Source: an uncultured Mobiluncus sp. (GTDB lineage Bacteria > Actinomycetota > Actinomycetes > Actinomycetales > Actinomycetaceae). From it: a DNA stretch of 64,000 bases. Positions 40,110-52,411 of this stretch are shown here, in pieces (the first letter of the stretch is position 1; every line of letters starts with the position of its first letter). The notes under the pieces are model-generated. The model saw nothing but the letters and a program-made list of their open reading frames with translations, searched no databases and had not been told where the DNA came from. A program made the translations under genes and the position numbers. The DNA lies in the NCBI GenBank assembly GCA_916438445.1, contig CAKAGR010000001.1:1404255-1468254 (forward strand), in the 5' to 3' direction.

Positions 40110-41572
40110 TCATCGCCGCAGACAAGTCAGCTTAACCACTGTGCCCGAAACCCCGTCGGGACGAGGCAACCATTCAACTGTGCCTCCCAACTCGGTGTTG
40201 ACCAAAGTCTGTACGATCTGGGTACCCAGCCCTTGCCCAACTCTTCCGGAACCCAAACCCACACCGTCATCCATAACACTGATATGGAGAACCTCGCCTT
40301 CGCGCTGCGCCTCCACCACCACGCAACCATCGCGCTCCTCTAAACCGTGCTCGACCGCATTGGTGACCAGTTCTGTCAACACCAAGGCCAAAGCCGCCGA
40401 GGTTCCCGCCCCCAAATCCCCGAAACCGCCGCGGAACTCGGTGGTCACGGTGTTTTCCTCGGTGGCGGCGGTGGCAACCAAGTTGAGCAGCTTTTGGAAG
40501 GTCTGGTCGAAAGGCACGGTTTCATCCACGGTTTTCGACAGCGCCTCGTGCACCATAGAAATCACCGAGATACGCCGTTCCGCCTGGCGCAACGCGTCTT
40601 TCACCACCTCGTTATCCGAGCGCCTGACTTGGAGTCTAAGCAGTGCGGAAACCGTCTGCAGATTGTTCTTGACGCGGTGATGCACTTCACGAATCGTGGC
40701 GTCTTTGCTCAACAGCTGCTTTTCGCGAGTGCGTTTATCGGTGACGTCGCGACTCAGCAGCAACGCCCCCACTCGGTGCCCGTCCTCAATCAGGGGCAGC
40801 GCCCGCAAAGTCGTCGCCACCCCGCGCACCTCGATTTCGGTCAACCAAGACGCGCGACCCATCAACACCACCGCCAAAGTCTCGTCCACGGTGTCACCGG
40901 TTCCCGGCTCCAACAGCGGGGTGACGGCCTCGGCCAAAACACCACCCACCAAAGCGCCTTTGAAACCCAGGCGCTTGATATTGGGACAGAGCGTTAGGGG
41001 AAGCCTGCTGCACCACGCCGAACTCGTCGAGGAGCATCGCCCCGTCGGCCACGCGCGGATTACCGCGTTTACCGGCGCTGGGGGTGACTTCAGAGGGAAT
41101 AGACCGTCAGCCACCATCCGACGCAACTGTTCGGCAACACCTTGGAACCAGCCCTCGCCCCCGATTTCCCCACGTGGAAGGCCAGATTCGTCTCTACCCC
41201 CAACACCCCGACGCTGCGACCCTCAAAGTGAATCGGAACCAGAACCTCGGAAACAGTGTTCATACCGGTCCAACGGTGCACCGGGTTTTCGATGATTTCC
41301 CCCGTGTGCATCACTTCTTCCAGCAAAGCCTGGCGGGTGGAGGGAAGCTCCAAACCGATTACGTCGTCAAGGTGAACGGTGGGGCCGGTGGCGGGGCGGC
41401 AGTGGGCCGCGCAGGAAAAACCGCCGAAGCGGTTGGGCATCCACAAAAGCAAGTCACCTTGAGACAGATCGGAGAGGATCTGCCAGTCGCCCACCAGGCG
41501 ATTGAGCTGTTCCGTGCAGGAAACAGAAACCGGGAGAAACGGGGCATTGAACTCACGAATCGCATTCGACAC
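40110..41572 (-). CDS. pdtaS: PdtaS-like soluble sensor histidine kinase (H_kinase_N/PAS/HisKA_2), frameshifted
   Basis: LVGDWQILSDLSQGDLLLW, HCRPATGPT, REVHHRVKNNLQTVSALL, ELVTNAVEHG, DDGVG, GLGTQIV. Convergent with whiB1. Confidence 0.85.
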
Positions 41573-41703
41573 ATTTCTAGATTAAGACAGGCTCGGCGAC
41601 TGGGCAAACACCGAGACTTTGCCAAGGGCCGGCTTTGGGCCAAAGCTAAGAGACGTAAAGGGCGCTCTCGGGTAAACTATTAGCGAAATGGAGAGGTGAT
41701 GGC

Positions 41704-42192
41704 ATGAAGTTTTCAAGCAGTTTCAAATTGCCCGGCTCCCGCCAGGCAATCAGCGCGATGCTGCGAAACCCCCAGTACTATCGGCGACGCTGGGAAAAAC
41801 TGGACCCGCGCCCCAACGTGGACCTCAATGATCAAGATTCCACGCTGACCGTTACTTCTACCCTGGCATTCACCGCCGATACGGTACGAAAACTCGCCAG
41901 TTTCTTGGACTCGGAGATGACGGTGAAAGTCTTAGAGATCTGGAACTTCAATGAGACTGGCCTGGTTCAGGGTGGTACCCTCAGTGCCTCGGTAGCCGGG
42001 GTTCCGGTCAAGGCCAGTTTCCGCATCAATATTCCCCCCAACCTAGATGCTGCGGTTACCACTTTGCAGCTCCAGGGAGAAGTCACCTGCGCGGTACCGC
42101 TGGTGGGTGCGGGAATAGAGAAAGCCATCGTGCAGCGACTGGACGAAACTATGCGCTGGCATGCCGAGGTCTGTCGCGAATTCCTGCAATAG
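41704..42192 (+). CDS. DUF2505 (SRPBCC-like) protein
   Basis: 162 aa with C-terminal VPLVGAGIEKAIV. RBS GGAGAGG. Confidence 0.65.
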   Translation: MKFSSSFKLPGSRQAISAMLRNPQYYRRRWEKLDPRPNVDLNDQDSTLTVTSTLAFTADTVRKLASFLDSEMTVKVLEIWNFNETGLVQGGTLSASVAGVPVKASFRINIPPNLDAAVTTLQLQGEVTCAVPLVGAGIEKAIVQRLDETMRWHAEVCREFLQ

Positions 42193-42290
42193 CCAGCGGC
42201 ACCCAACCGCAAGCCTCAAAACCAGTCCCCCGCGAACCTCGCCAACCGAAAACCGAAAACAGCGAAACCCAGCCGTAGAGAGCAAAACCC

Positions 42291-43091
42291 ATGACTTATA
42301 CCGATACCCAGTACGAAAACCTCTTGGCGGAAATCCTCGAAACTGGTACTGAAAAAACCGACCGCACCAACACCGGGACGCGTTCCCTCTTTGGACGCCA
42401 GTTGCGTTACGACCTGTCGCGCGGATTCCCTGCAATCACCACGAAGTCGCTGTATTGGCGCGGCGTAGTGGGGGAACTGTTGTGGTTCCTACAGGGCAAC
42501 ACCAACATCAACTGGCTGGTCGAAAACAAGGTCCATATCTGGGACGAATGGGCCGATGAAAACGGTGAACTGGGGCCGGTCTATGGACACCAGTGGCGTG
42601 CTTGGGGCACTGATCGCGGCCCGGTAGACCAGATTGCGGCCCTGATTCACACCTTGAAAACCGACCCGGATTCGCGCCGCATGATCGTTTCGGCGTGGAA
42701 CGTCGGGGAACTCGACCAGATGGCGCTGGCCCCGTGTCACGCTTTTTTCCAGTGCTATGTCGCCCAGGGTCGCCTCTCGCTGCAGATCTATCAGCGTTCC
42801 TGCGACATGTTCCTGGGGGTGCCCTTCAACATCGCCTCCTATGCGTTGCTGACTCACATGTTGGCCGCCCAGAGCGGCCTAGAGGTTGGGGAGCTGGTGT
42901 GGACCGGGGGCGACTGCCACATCTACAACAACCACGTCGCACAGGTGCGCGAACAGCTTTCACGCGAACCCTATCCCTTCCCCACCCTGGAGCTGGATGC
43001 CCGGCCCTCGATCGATGACTACACCATCGAGGGATGCCGCCTGTTGAACTACCGACACCACGCGAAAATTTCAGCGCCGGTGGCGGTCTAA
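42291..43091 (+). CDS. thyA: Thymidylate synthase
   Basis: [50 protein letters not shown]. Confidence 0.98.
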   Translation: MTYTDTQYENLLAEILETGTEKTDRTNTGTRSLFGRQLRYDLSRGFPAITTKSLYWRGVVGELLWFLQGNTNINWLVENKVHIWDEWADENGELGPVYGHQWRAWGTDRGPVDQIAALIHTLKTDPDSRRMIVSAWNVGELDQMALAPCHAFFQCYVAQGRLSLQIYQRSCDMFLGVPFNIASYALLTHMLAAQSGLEVGELVWTGGDCHIYNNHVAQVREQLSREPYPFPTLELDARPSIDDYTIEGCRLLNYRHHAKISAPVAV

Positions 43092-43105
43092 GAGGAGTCC
43101 CGAAC

Positions 43106-43708
43106 ATGTCTTGCAACCCCGCTGCCTCCCACACCGCGCCAGGCTCCTATCTCGAACGCACCTCTCGCGCTGGTTACGGCATCACAGCGGTAAAGATGAT
43201 CTGGGCCCAGGACCACAACCGCGTGATTGGCGCCGGCGGCGGCATGCTGTGGCATGTGCCGGGGGACCTGAAGTTCTTCCAGACCCAGACCTTGGGGGCG
43301 CCAGTTGTGATGGGACGCACTTCTTTCGAGGCCCTGGGTAAACCCCTGCCGCACCGCCGCAACATTGTTTTGACTTCCAGCGCGCAACTGGATGCCGCCG
43401 CCACTTACCCAAACCTCGAAGTCGCCCCGAACCTAGAGGCCGCCCTGCAGATGTGCCGCGACGAAGCCACGGTGTGGATTGCAGGTGGCGGCAAAGTCTA
43501 TCAAGAAGTCATGGACCACGACCTTGCCGATGGGCTGGTGGTGACGCAGCTGGATCTGCAAGCCTCGATTCCACCGGGCACTAAACCCACTTTTGCTCCG
43601 GAAATCGACCTGTCGGTGTGGGAACTCGACCGGGGGTGTTCCGATGAGGAATGGCGCGATGTTTCAGGTGACTGCGCCTGGCGCGTGCGGTACTACCGCC
43701 ACCGTTAG
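43106..43708 (+). CDS. folA: Dihydrofolate reductase
   Basis: MIWAQDHNRVIG, WHVPGDLKFF, VMGRTSF, PLPHRRNIVLT, IAGGGKVY. RBS AGGAG before ATG 43106. Confidence 0.93.
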   Translation: MSCNPAASHTAPGSYLERTSRAGYGITAVKMIWAQDHNRVIGAGGGMLWHVPGDLKFFQTQTLGAPVVMGRTSFEALGKPLPHRRNIVLTSSAQLDAAATYPNLEVAPNLEAALQMCRDEATVWIAGGGKVYQEVMDHDLADGLVVTQLDLQASIPPGTKPTFAPEIDLSVWELDRGCSDEEWRDVSGDCAWRVRYYRHR

Positions 43709-43710
43709 GG

Positions 43711-45363
43711 TTACTTCACCCCCAAGCAGCGCATGGTGCGCAGCGCCACCTTCATCAAGGTAGCGAACTGTTGCTTTGACATCCCCAGCATCGGCGCAAT
43801 CGGCACCAGGCGGCTCTGGACTGCTATGGTCTTAGGCTCCATGTATTTCCGGATACCTTCGATGCCGTGACGCCGCCCGATGCCGCTGGTTTTCCAACCG
43901 CCCATCGGCGCGTCGGTAGATCCCCACGCCGCGGTGAAGCCTTCGTTGACGTTCACGGTACCGGCCTCTATCTGGCGCGCCACGCGCAAGGCGTGATCGG
44001 GTTTGCCCCACACGCTGGCGTTCAAACCGTAGTCGGTGTCGTTGGCCAGGTGAATAGCTTGTTCATCGGTGTGGAATCGATACAGCGACACCACCGGGCC
44101 GAAGGTCTCGTGCTTAAAAAGCTCCATCCCTTCGCGCACCCCTTCCAAGATGGTCGGCGCGAAAGCCGTGGACCCGACCTCGGGCAGGCGTTTGCCACCA
44201 ACCAGGGCCGTCGCACCTTTCGACAGGGCGTCCTCGACCTGGGCTTCGATGGTTTCCAGCTGTGAAGTCGAAACCATCACCCCCATGTCCGCCGCCCAAT
44301 CCAGCGAAGCCTCGACGCGCATGGCGCGCACCGCGGCGACGACCTTGGTCCGGAACTGGTCATAGATGGCGTCGTGTACATAGAGGCGCTCTATAGAGAC
44401 GCACAGCTGTCCCCCGCTGGAGAAAGCCCCGCGCAGCAGCCCCGCAACCGCGGCGTCCACATTCGCGTCGGGCAGCACAATCATGGGGTTCTTGCCGCCC
44501 AGTTCCATCGACATCCCGATCAAGTTTTCCCCAGCCTGGGCGGCAATCTTGCGTCCCGTCGCGGTGGAACCGGTGAACATGATGTAGTCAACCTGCGCGA
44601 TCAAGGGCGTGCCCAACTCGGAGCCACGCCCCGGCACCAGCACAAAAAGGTCGGGATCAAAACCGGCCTGGACCAGCATGGCTTTCGCCGCGATGGCACC
44701 CAAAGGAGTGTTGGAATCCGGTTTCAGCACCACGGCGTTGCCCGCTGCCAAAGCCGCCAACGCGTCAGCCAAGGCCAGAGAGAGCGGATAGTTCCACGGG
44801 GAAATCACCCCGACCACACCCTTGGGTTGGTACATCACGAAGGTCCACGTCAGCGTAGGCAGGGCGCCACGACGGCGTTCATCAGCCAGCACCCCGGGCA
44901 GAGTCCGGGCATAGTAGCGGCAGTTCAGCGCCAGATCCTGAATCTCGTCGAAGGCGTGGAAACGAGTCTTACCCGATTCCCACTGAACCACATTCAACAG
45001 GTCCTCGCTGTTGTCCCACAATACGTCGTGCAACCGCAGTAGCTTCGCCGCGCGTTCCCGCGCCGAGGTCCGCGCCCAACGTTTCTGTGCCGCCCGCGCG
45101 CGCGCCACCGCCTGGTCGAGGTCCGCCAGGTTCGCTTGGGGTACGGCGAGGGCTTCCATATCGGTCAGGAGGGGGGAAACTACGCGCCGGGTGGGGCGGT
45201 CGCTGGGTAAGCCGACAAGGTCCGGTAGTTGCGGTGCCAGGCGCAGCATCGATTCGGTGCAGCGGCGCTGGATTTCCCGGGTCGAGGCAGGCGCGCTGCC
45301 TTGCGGTTTCGCAGCGGTTTTCGCGGTTGCGGGGGCCTGGCCGGGCGCGGCAGAAGAGGACAT
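43711..45363 (-). CDS. Aldehyde dehydrogenase, succinate-semialdehyde dehydrogenase (GabD2-like)
   Basis: GVISPWNYP, FTGSTATG, MELGGKNP, GQLCVSIER, ETFGPV, PMGGWKTSG. Confidence 0.85.
   Translation of the reverse strand: MSSSAAPGQAPATAKTAAKPQGSAPASTREIQRRCTESMLRLAPQLPDLVGLPSDRPTRRVVSPLLTDMEALAVPQANLADLDQAVARARAAQKRWARTSARERAAKLLRLHDVLWDNSEDLLNVVQWESGKTRFHAFDEIQDLALNCRYYARTLPGVLADERRRGALPTLTWTFVMYQPKGVVGVISPWNYPLSLALADALAALAAGNAVVLKPDSNTPLGAIAAKAMLVQAGFDPDLFVLVPGRGSELGTPLIAQVDYIMFTGSTATGRKIAAQAGENLIGMSMELGGKNPMIVLPDANVDAAVAGLLRGAFSSGGQLCVSIERLYVHDAIYDQFRTKVVAAVRAMRVEASLDWAADMGVMVSTSQLETIEAQVEDALSKGATALVGGKRLPEVGSTAFAPTILEGVREGMELFKHETFGPVVSLYRFHTDEQAIHLANDTDYGLNASVWGKPDHALRVARQIEAGTVNVNEGFTAAWGSTDAPMGGWKTSGIGRRHGIEGIRKYMEPKTIAVQSRLVPIAPMLGMSKQQFATLMKVALRTMRCLGVK
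45274..45287 (+). repeat. Exact copy of dispersed 14-mer TTCCCGGGTCGAGG
   Basis: In the low-complexity N-terminal extension of the aldehyde dehydrogenase. Confidence 0.9.
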
Positions 45364-45401
45364 AGAAAAGCTCCTTCGCAGTTTCGGATACACCCTACAC
45401 T

Positions 45402-46681
45402 TTAAGCGTTTTTCACTGTAGCTGCACCCAGAGAGCGCTTTCCTTTCCTAAATAACACCAAGCCCCCTGGAAGCACATCCGCGGCGGTGATGACCCGCTC
45501 GGTGTCCTCGCGTGCCACAGGCTGGTTATTGATGTAAGCCCCGCCTTCTTTCACCGTGCGCCGCGCGGCTCCAGAGCCTTTCTCTATCCCAGATTGCACC
45601 AATAAATCCACGACGGTGCTTTGCCCCAGCACGATTTCCCCCGCCTGTGCGGGCAAGGTCTTTGCCGCAGCACGCAAGGTATCCGCGTCCAAGTCGCGCA
45701 GTTCCCCGCGCCCAAACAGGGCCTGAGAAGTGGCGATGGCTTTTTCGGTCTGTTCCTGGCCGTGCACCAGCCTGGTGACTTCGAAAGCCAGGGTCTTTTG
45801 CGCCTCGCGTAGATGCGGTGCTTCGCTGGCCTGCGCTTCCAGTTCTTCGATGCGGGCCCGATCCAAGAAAGTAAAGACCTTTAGCAGCTTGACCACCATA
45901 GAGTCCTCGGTGTTGAGCCAGAACTGGTAGAACTCGTAGGGGCTCATCATCTGGGGGTTCAGCCAAATCGCCCCGCCTTCGGATTTACCGAACTTGGTGC
46001 CGTCGGCCTTGGTGATCAAGGGTGTGGTCATGACGTGAACATTCGCGCCCTCTAACTTATGGATCAGGTCCATCCCGCCCACCAGGTTGCCCCACTGGTC
46101 GTTACCGCCGGTTTCCAAGGTACAACCGTAGTTGCGGTAGAGCTGCAAAAAGTCATTGGCCTGCAAAATCTGGTAACTGAACTCGGTATAGGAAATGCCT
46201 TCTTCGGAGTTCAGACGCGACTTCACCGCGTCTTTGTTCAACATAGTCCCCATCCGGAAGTTCTTTCCCAAGTCGCGCAGCAAATTGATGGCACTGAGCC
46301 CCTGGGTCCAATCCAAGTTATTCACCAGCCGTGCCGCGTTGGGCCCCTCGAAATCCAGGAACTGGGAAATCTGTCCCTTCAGTTTTTCTACCACCCCGCC
46401 ACGGTTTCTTTGTCGTGGAGCTGGCGTTCTTTGGTCATGCGCGGGTCCCCGATCAAACCGGTGGCTCCACCCACCAAAGCCAGCGGCTTGTGTCCGGCCA
46501 GCTGCAGGTGACGCATCATAATCAACTGTACCAGGTGCCCGTGATGCAGAGAAGGCGCGGTGGGATCGAAACCGCAATAGAAAGTCACCGGTCCAGCCTG
46601 GAGTGCCGCGCGCAGCGCCTCCATGTCGGTGTGTTGGGCAATCAGCCCCCGCCAAGCCAGTTCGTCGATGAGATCGCTCAC
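45402..46681 (-). CDS. tyrS: Tyrosine--tRNA ligase, frameshifted near 46395
   Basis: [15 protein letters not shown] (HIGH), [33 protein letters not shown]-terminal S4 domain. Confidence 0.97.
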
Positions 46682-46771
46682 TTTTCGTTCCTTCTGTTTG
46701 CACTTCCCTCTGTGTTCGAGGGCTGCCCCAAGTTTACCAGCCGGCGCCCACCACGAAATTCCCCCTCCGCT

Positions 46772-47200
46772 TCACCCGGTGGCGGCCTCGATTCCCAAGT
46801 AATCCTGCAGCGCCTCCAGCATCGGGTAGTCCGCGGGCAGCCAAGGTAAGCGCTGCGCCTCCTCCACCGCGACCCACTCCAGTCGCAGATGCGAAGACCC
46901 CGGCCTAGCCACGTTGCCCGGCGCCAAGGCACACAGGAAAACCTTCATCCGGTAGCCGCCGTGTGCCTCCCACTGACCCGGCAGCAGCTCACCAAGCTCT
47001 ATCTCTACTCCCAGTTCCTCTCGCAACTCACGCCGCAGAGCTTCCTCTGCGCCTTCTCCCTTCTCGGTTTTCCCTCCGGGGAATTCAAAGTATCCGCGCC
47101 ACCTTTCCGGATAGGAACGCGCCGCGCCCAGGAGTTTTCGGGGACGACTCAAGTCATCCATCAAGGCGGCGGCCACCACCAAAGCTTTGTCTTCGCTCAC
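46772..47200 (-). CDS. NUDIX hydrolase (MutT-like)
   Basis: EFPGGKTEKGEGAEEALRRELREELG Nudix box and WLPAD. Confidence 0.9.
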   Translation of the reverse strand: MSEDKALVVAAALMDDLSRPRKLLGAARSYPERWRGYFEFPGGKTEKGEGAEEALRRELREELGVEIELGELLPGQWEAHGGYRMKVFLCALAPGNVARPGSSHLRLEWVAVEEAQRLPWLPADYPMLEALQDYLGIEAATG

Positions 47201-47313
47201 CTTTCACCTCCCGCCGAGGCAACACTATCCGAACCTCCCCCAGGCGTCGCGGGTGGGGGTATCCATGGTTTCTCTATGCTACGTGAAGTATTGATATATC
47301 GGGTAAAAACGCA

Positions 47314-47344
47314 GGTGGGCAGGACTTTGCAAATCCTGCCCACC
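47314..47344 (-). terminator. Terminator downstream of OPT transporter
   Basis: GGTGGGCAGGA / TCCTGCCCACC stem. AAAAA on the + strand gives a U tract on the minus strand. Confidence 0.7.
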
Positions 47345-47370
47345 CGAGGTTTCAGCCCGAGGCCTTTGTG

Positions 47371-49361
47371 TTATTCACCCGCCAGCGGTCGCAAGGACTG
47401 CTTTTTGGCGTAGCGGTAGCACAGCCACAAGGCCGCAACAAAGAAGATCGGACCCAGAACCGTAGCGACCGGCCCGAAAGAATCTGGGATGAATCCCAGG
47501 GCTTCGGCGTTTCCGGTAGCGCCAATGATGGCGGCATTCAAGATACCGAAGAGGCTGTCGCCAACAATCAAGCCGGTGGCCAACAAGATACCCATGCGCT
47601 TGGAGCGTTCGGGGTTGGCTGGGCTTTGGCCCAGCGGTCATAGAACATTCCCACGAAGGCACCAATGATGATGACCAGAGTGGTGGTGGTGTTGAGGTAC
47701 ATCCCCATACCTACCGCCAAGGGGGCCAGGCGGAAACGCGTGGTTTTGCCCAGGATTTCATCGATGATCACCACGGCCACTCCGATGGCCGCGCCGATCC
47801 CAAAGAGGTTCCAATCCAGGTTGCCACCGAAGATACCCTTGGCGATGGTGGACATCAGGGTGGCTTGCGGAGCCTGGAGAACCTGGTCGGGGTCATAGCC
47901 TTCCATGCCGGCGAAACCGAAGCTGTTGAGCAGCAGCTCCAGCACCGGAGGAATCACGATGGAACCAAAGAGCACCCCGATGATCAGGGCCACCTGCTGT
48001 TTCCACGGGGTCGCGCCGACCAGCTGGCCAGTTTTCAGGTCCTGGAGGTTGTCGTTAGAGATGGTGGCGATGCCGAAGACCACCGCGGTGGTGAACAAGG
48101 CATAGGCCGTCAGCTCGGTGGGGTGGGTAGAGGCAGTGTCGCCGGTGATCACCAAGATCAGCAGCGAAGAAGACAGAATCACGATGATGCCGACCCCTGA
48201 AATCGGAGAGTTCGAAGCCCCAATCAGACCGGCCATGTATCCACAGATCGAAGCCACCAACAGGCCGATCAGCAGCACGAAGAGGATGGAGAGCATAATC
48301 AAGGCCGTCATGTGGTGCGCGATGTGGGAATCCTTCAAGAAGCCCCACAGCAACAACCCGATAGGAATCATGGACAGCAACGTGATGCCGACCACGTACT
48401 TGAAAGGAATGTCGCGTTCCGTCAGGGGAACTTCCTGGCCCGCGGCGCGAGCAGTAGAGGAAGCCAAGGAATCCTTGATGCCTTTGACGATGGGGCCGAT
48501 GATCTTCAGCAGGGTCCAGATAGCGGCCACTGCCATAGCGCCCGCACCGATCATGCGCACGTCTTGAGAGAACACCGAAGAGACCATCGAAGCCAAGTCG
48601 CCGTCGGTGATTTCGCGACCCTGAGACAGGATGGGCAACAGCACCCCGTAAGAAGTAATGAGACCCACCAGCATAGCCACGCCCACGGCCGGGCCCACCA
48701 GGTGACCCACACCCATCAGTGCCAGTGACAGGGAGCCACCCAGCATGGTGCCGCCGCTGCCCAGGGCGAAGGTGGCTTTCAAGGTACCGCCCATCGCCTT
48801 GATGGCGGTCAAGAGGCCGATCGCGGTCGAGGCGATGCCGCCCCAGATGATGATCCACAAGCCCCGCTTGTTTTCTTCGGCCGAACCCGCGGCGTCCCCG
48901 ACCTTCAGAACCTCGGCCGCGGCCACACCTTCGGGATAGGGCAGGTCAGAGCCCGTCACCAGAGCGCGGCGCAGCGGGATAGAGTACATCACGCCCAGGA
49001 TGCCGCCCACGGCACAAACCGCGGTGGTCTCCCAGAAGGGGAAGCCGCTCCAATAGCCCACCATCACCAGGCCCGGCACCACGAAGATGATGGCAGACAG
49101 GGTGCCCGCCGCCGAAGCGATGGTTTGGACGATGTTGTTTTCCACCACGGAGTGATCTCGGAAGTAACGCAGAATCGCCATAGAGATCACGGCCGCGGGG
49201 ATGGAGGTGGCGAAAGTCAGGCCGACTTTTAGCCCCAGATAGGCGTTTGCCGCCGTGAAGATCAAGGTGATGATGCCGCCGATGATGACGGCGCGGATAG
49301 TCAGTTCTTTTACACCGGAGGACTTTTTGGGTGCTCCGGTTGGTGCGGATGTCGCGGACAA
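47371..49361 (-). CDS. OPT family oligopeptide transporter (C-terminal frameshift)
   Basis: ELTIRAVIIG, YLGLKVGLTFATSIPAAVIS, ENNIVQTIASAAG, LPYPEGVAAAEVL, DNLQDLKTG, APQATLM. Confidence 0.93.
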
Positions 49362-49531
49362 GATAACTCGATTCCTTTAGAAATGCTTTACTTGCGATTA
49401 CTTTACCCAGGCTTTACCCAGGTTCATAACCGGACTTAGGCTATCATTTCCGCCAATCTCTAAACCAATCGCCCGCTTTTTCTGCGCCGAGACCGCAACC
49501 ACCGAACCTCAACCCGGCACCGAACTTCGAC

Positions 49532-50547
49532 CTAGGAAATCGGATACGGCTGCCCCAAAGTTGCCACAATCACCGCTTTGATGGTGTGCATCCGGTTTTC
49601 GGCCTGGTCAAACACCACCGAGGCCTCCCTTCGAAGACCTCGTTCGTCACTTCCACCCCGTCCAGGCCGTATTCCCGGAACAGCGCCTCCCCCACCGCGG
49701 TGTTGCGGTCGTGGAAGGCCGGCAGGCAGTGCAGGAACTTCACCTGGGGATTCCCGCTGGCCGCCAGCATCTGGGTGGTCACCTGATAGGGACGCAGCAA
49801 CTCGATGCGCTTGGCCCAAGCCTCTTTCGGTTCCCCCATAGACACCCAGATATCGGTGTAGATATAGTCCACCCCCGCGACCCCGGCCGCCACATCTTCG
49901 GTGTGAGTGATTTCGCCCCGGTCTGCGCCGCGATTTCCTGCGCGCGCGCCACAATGCTCGGGTCGTTCCACAGTTCTCGCGGCGCCACGATGCGCACATC
50001 CATCCCCAACATCGCCCCGGTGATCAGCAGCGAATTCGCCATGTTGAAACGCGAATCCCCCACGTAGGCGAAACTCAGTTCGCTCAACTCCTTTGAGGGG
50101 GCGTGTTCTTGCATCGTCAGCATGTCGCAAAGCATCTGGGTGGGGTGCCATTCGTCGGTCAGCCCGTTCCACACCGGCACCCCCGAAAGCCTGGCCAGAG
50201 TCTCGACTTTTTCCTGGGAATCCCCGCGATACTCGATACCGTCAAAGAACCTCCCCAGGACCCGCGCGGTGTCTTCGATGGATTCTTTGTGCCCGATCTG
50301 CGAACCCGAGGGATCCAGATAAGTCACGTGCGCACCTTGGTCATAGGCGGCTACTTCAAAGGAACACCGGGTGCGAGTCGAGGTTTTCTCGAATATCAGC
50401 GCCAGGTTCTTTCCGCGCAAGGTCTGGGTTTCCCGCCCGGCTTTTTTGTCGGCTTTCAGCCGGGCCGCCAAAGTGATCAGTTCGCGAAATTTCCGCCGGG
50501 CTAAAATCCAGTTCCTTCAAGAAGCTGCGTCCGTAAAAGTTCGTCAT
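49532..50547 (-). CDS. argF: Ornithine carbamoyltransferase (E. coli ArgF / ArcB-like type), several frameshifts
   Basis: [54 protein letters not shown]. Confidence 0.93.
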
Positions 50548-50650
50548 ATCGGCTGCCTTTCTGTGTTTGCGGTCGAGGTCCGGTTTCTGTGTTTCCGGGT
50601 CGAGGTTCGTAGGTGGCGGTTTGCGGAATGTGTTGCGTGGGTGGGTGGCT

Positions 50651-51142
50651 TCAGCGGCGAATCATGCGGCGCAGGGTTTTCGCCAGGTCCCGGGCCGAGT
50701 CTTCACCGTTGCAAATCAACAGCACCGTATTGTCCCCCGCGATACACCCCAGCAGACTGGCGGGTGGTTCCTTGTCCAGGGCCGCAGCCAAAGCAGAGGC
50801 TGCGCCGGCCGGAGTGTGCAACACCACCTGATTCAACACGGTGTCCACCCCCACCAGCAGCTGCTGGCACCAACGGTCCAGCGAACCGGGCAGAATCACC
50901 GGGTGGTCGGCTACTTCCGCGGTGCCGGGGATGGCGTATCGCAGGTTGCCTTCGCTGTCGCGCACCTTCGTCGCGGAGAGCTCCTCGAGGTCGCGCGACA
51001 AGGTGGCCTGGGTGACGTGCACCCCGGCGTCTCGCAGTAGTTTCTGCAGATCCCCTTGGGAGCGAATCTCTTGGTTATTCAAGAAGCGCGCAATTTCACT
51101 GTGGCGCGAAAGTTTAGAAGAGTTGTTCTTGGCTTCAGCCAT
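50651..51142 (-). CDS. argR: Arginine repressor
   Basis: SQGDL, VTQATLSRDLEEL, TPAGAAS, GCIAGDNT. Confidence 0.95.
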   Translation of the reverse strand: MAEAKNNSSKLSRHSEIARFLNNQEIRSQGDLQKLLRDAGVHVTQATLSRDLEELSATKVRDSEGNLRYAIPGTAEVADHPVILPGSLDRWCQQLLVGVDTVLNQVVLHTPAGAASALAAALDKEPPASLLGCIAGDNTVLLICNGEDSARDLAKTLRRMIRR

Positions 51143-52390
51143 GCCTACGGCCTTCCGCTTTGGCGTTCTTGACCTGGGTCAGGACCTGGTCCAAAACTTC
51201 GGGCAGTACCTGGGTGAACATCCGCGTCTGAGGTGCCGTAATGATCAGCGGCGGAGCCAGACGCAAGGTATAGAGGTCCGGGGCGTTGACGATGAAGCCA
51301 CGCTGGAACAAGGCGGCGGCCAAGGGCTGGGCTACCGGCTGGTTCAACCCCAGTCCCAACAGCAAACCGGCCCCGCGCACCTCGGTGATGGCGGGGTGCT
51401 GCAGCTCCATCAGTTCCCGCACCCAGATCTGGCCCACTTCGCGCACGTTTTCCAACAGGTGTTCGCCTTGGACCGTGTTGATCATCGCTAAGATTGCCGC
51501 GGCCGCCAAGGGGTTTCCGGCGAAAGTAGAGCCGTGCATACCGGGCTGCAAAACGTGGGCGGCCTGGTCGGTCAAAGCCACGCAGGCCCCCACCGGGAAT
51601 CCCGCACCCAGGCCCTTAGCCAGGGTAACGATGTCGGGGGTGATGTCGCTGGGGTGGTGCGCCATCCACGAACCGGTGCGCCCCATCCCGGTCTGGACCT
51701 CGTCCAACACCAGCAGCGCACCGGCCCGCTCGGTCATCTCCCGCGCCAGGCGCAGATAGTTATCTGAAATCGGCCGCACCCCGGCCTCGCCCTGGATGGG
51801 TTCAATAAACAGCGCGGCGACACTTTCCCCCTTCGCGCCGTCCAAGGCACGCTCCAGCGCAGCCAGGGAACCATAGGGCAGGAAATCCACCTGAGCGGGA
51901 AGCGGCGCATAAGGTTCGCGATAGGCCGACTTGAAAGTCAGCGACAGGGAACCCATGGTGCGTCCGTGAAAGGCGTTCTCTACCGCCAAGAACCGGGTCC
52001 GCGCCCCACCCCCACGCACGCGGGCAATCTTAAAGGCGGCCTCGTTCGCTTCGGTACCGGAGTTCGCAAAGAACACCCGCGCCTCGGGACACCGACCCCC
52101 CCGGCGCCACCACCGAAACCAATTTTTCCCCGGCCTCGACCTGGACAGTAGAGGCAAAGAAGTTCGAGATATGCCCCAGGGTCTGGGCCTGTTCACTTAG
52201 AGCCTGCACCAGGGCGGGGTGGGCGTGACCCAGGGCGTTTACTGCGATTCCCCCCCAGCAGGTCCAGGTACTGGTTCCCATCCTCGTCCCACACGAAACA
52301 CCCCGCGCCGCGACTCAGCACGGTTTTCGGCGTACCGAAGGCGTTCATCATCACTTTGTCATAGCGTTGCAGCCATTCATTCACATCCAC
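51135..52390 (-). CDS. argD: Acetylornithine aminotransferase, frameshifted
   Basis: [58 protein letters not shown]. Confidence 0.93.
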
Positions 52391-52411
52391 GGTTTCTCCT
52401 CTGGTTTGGGT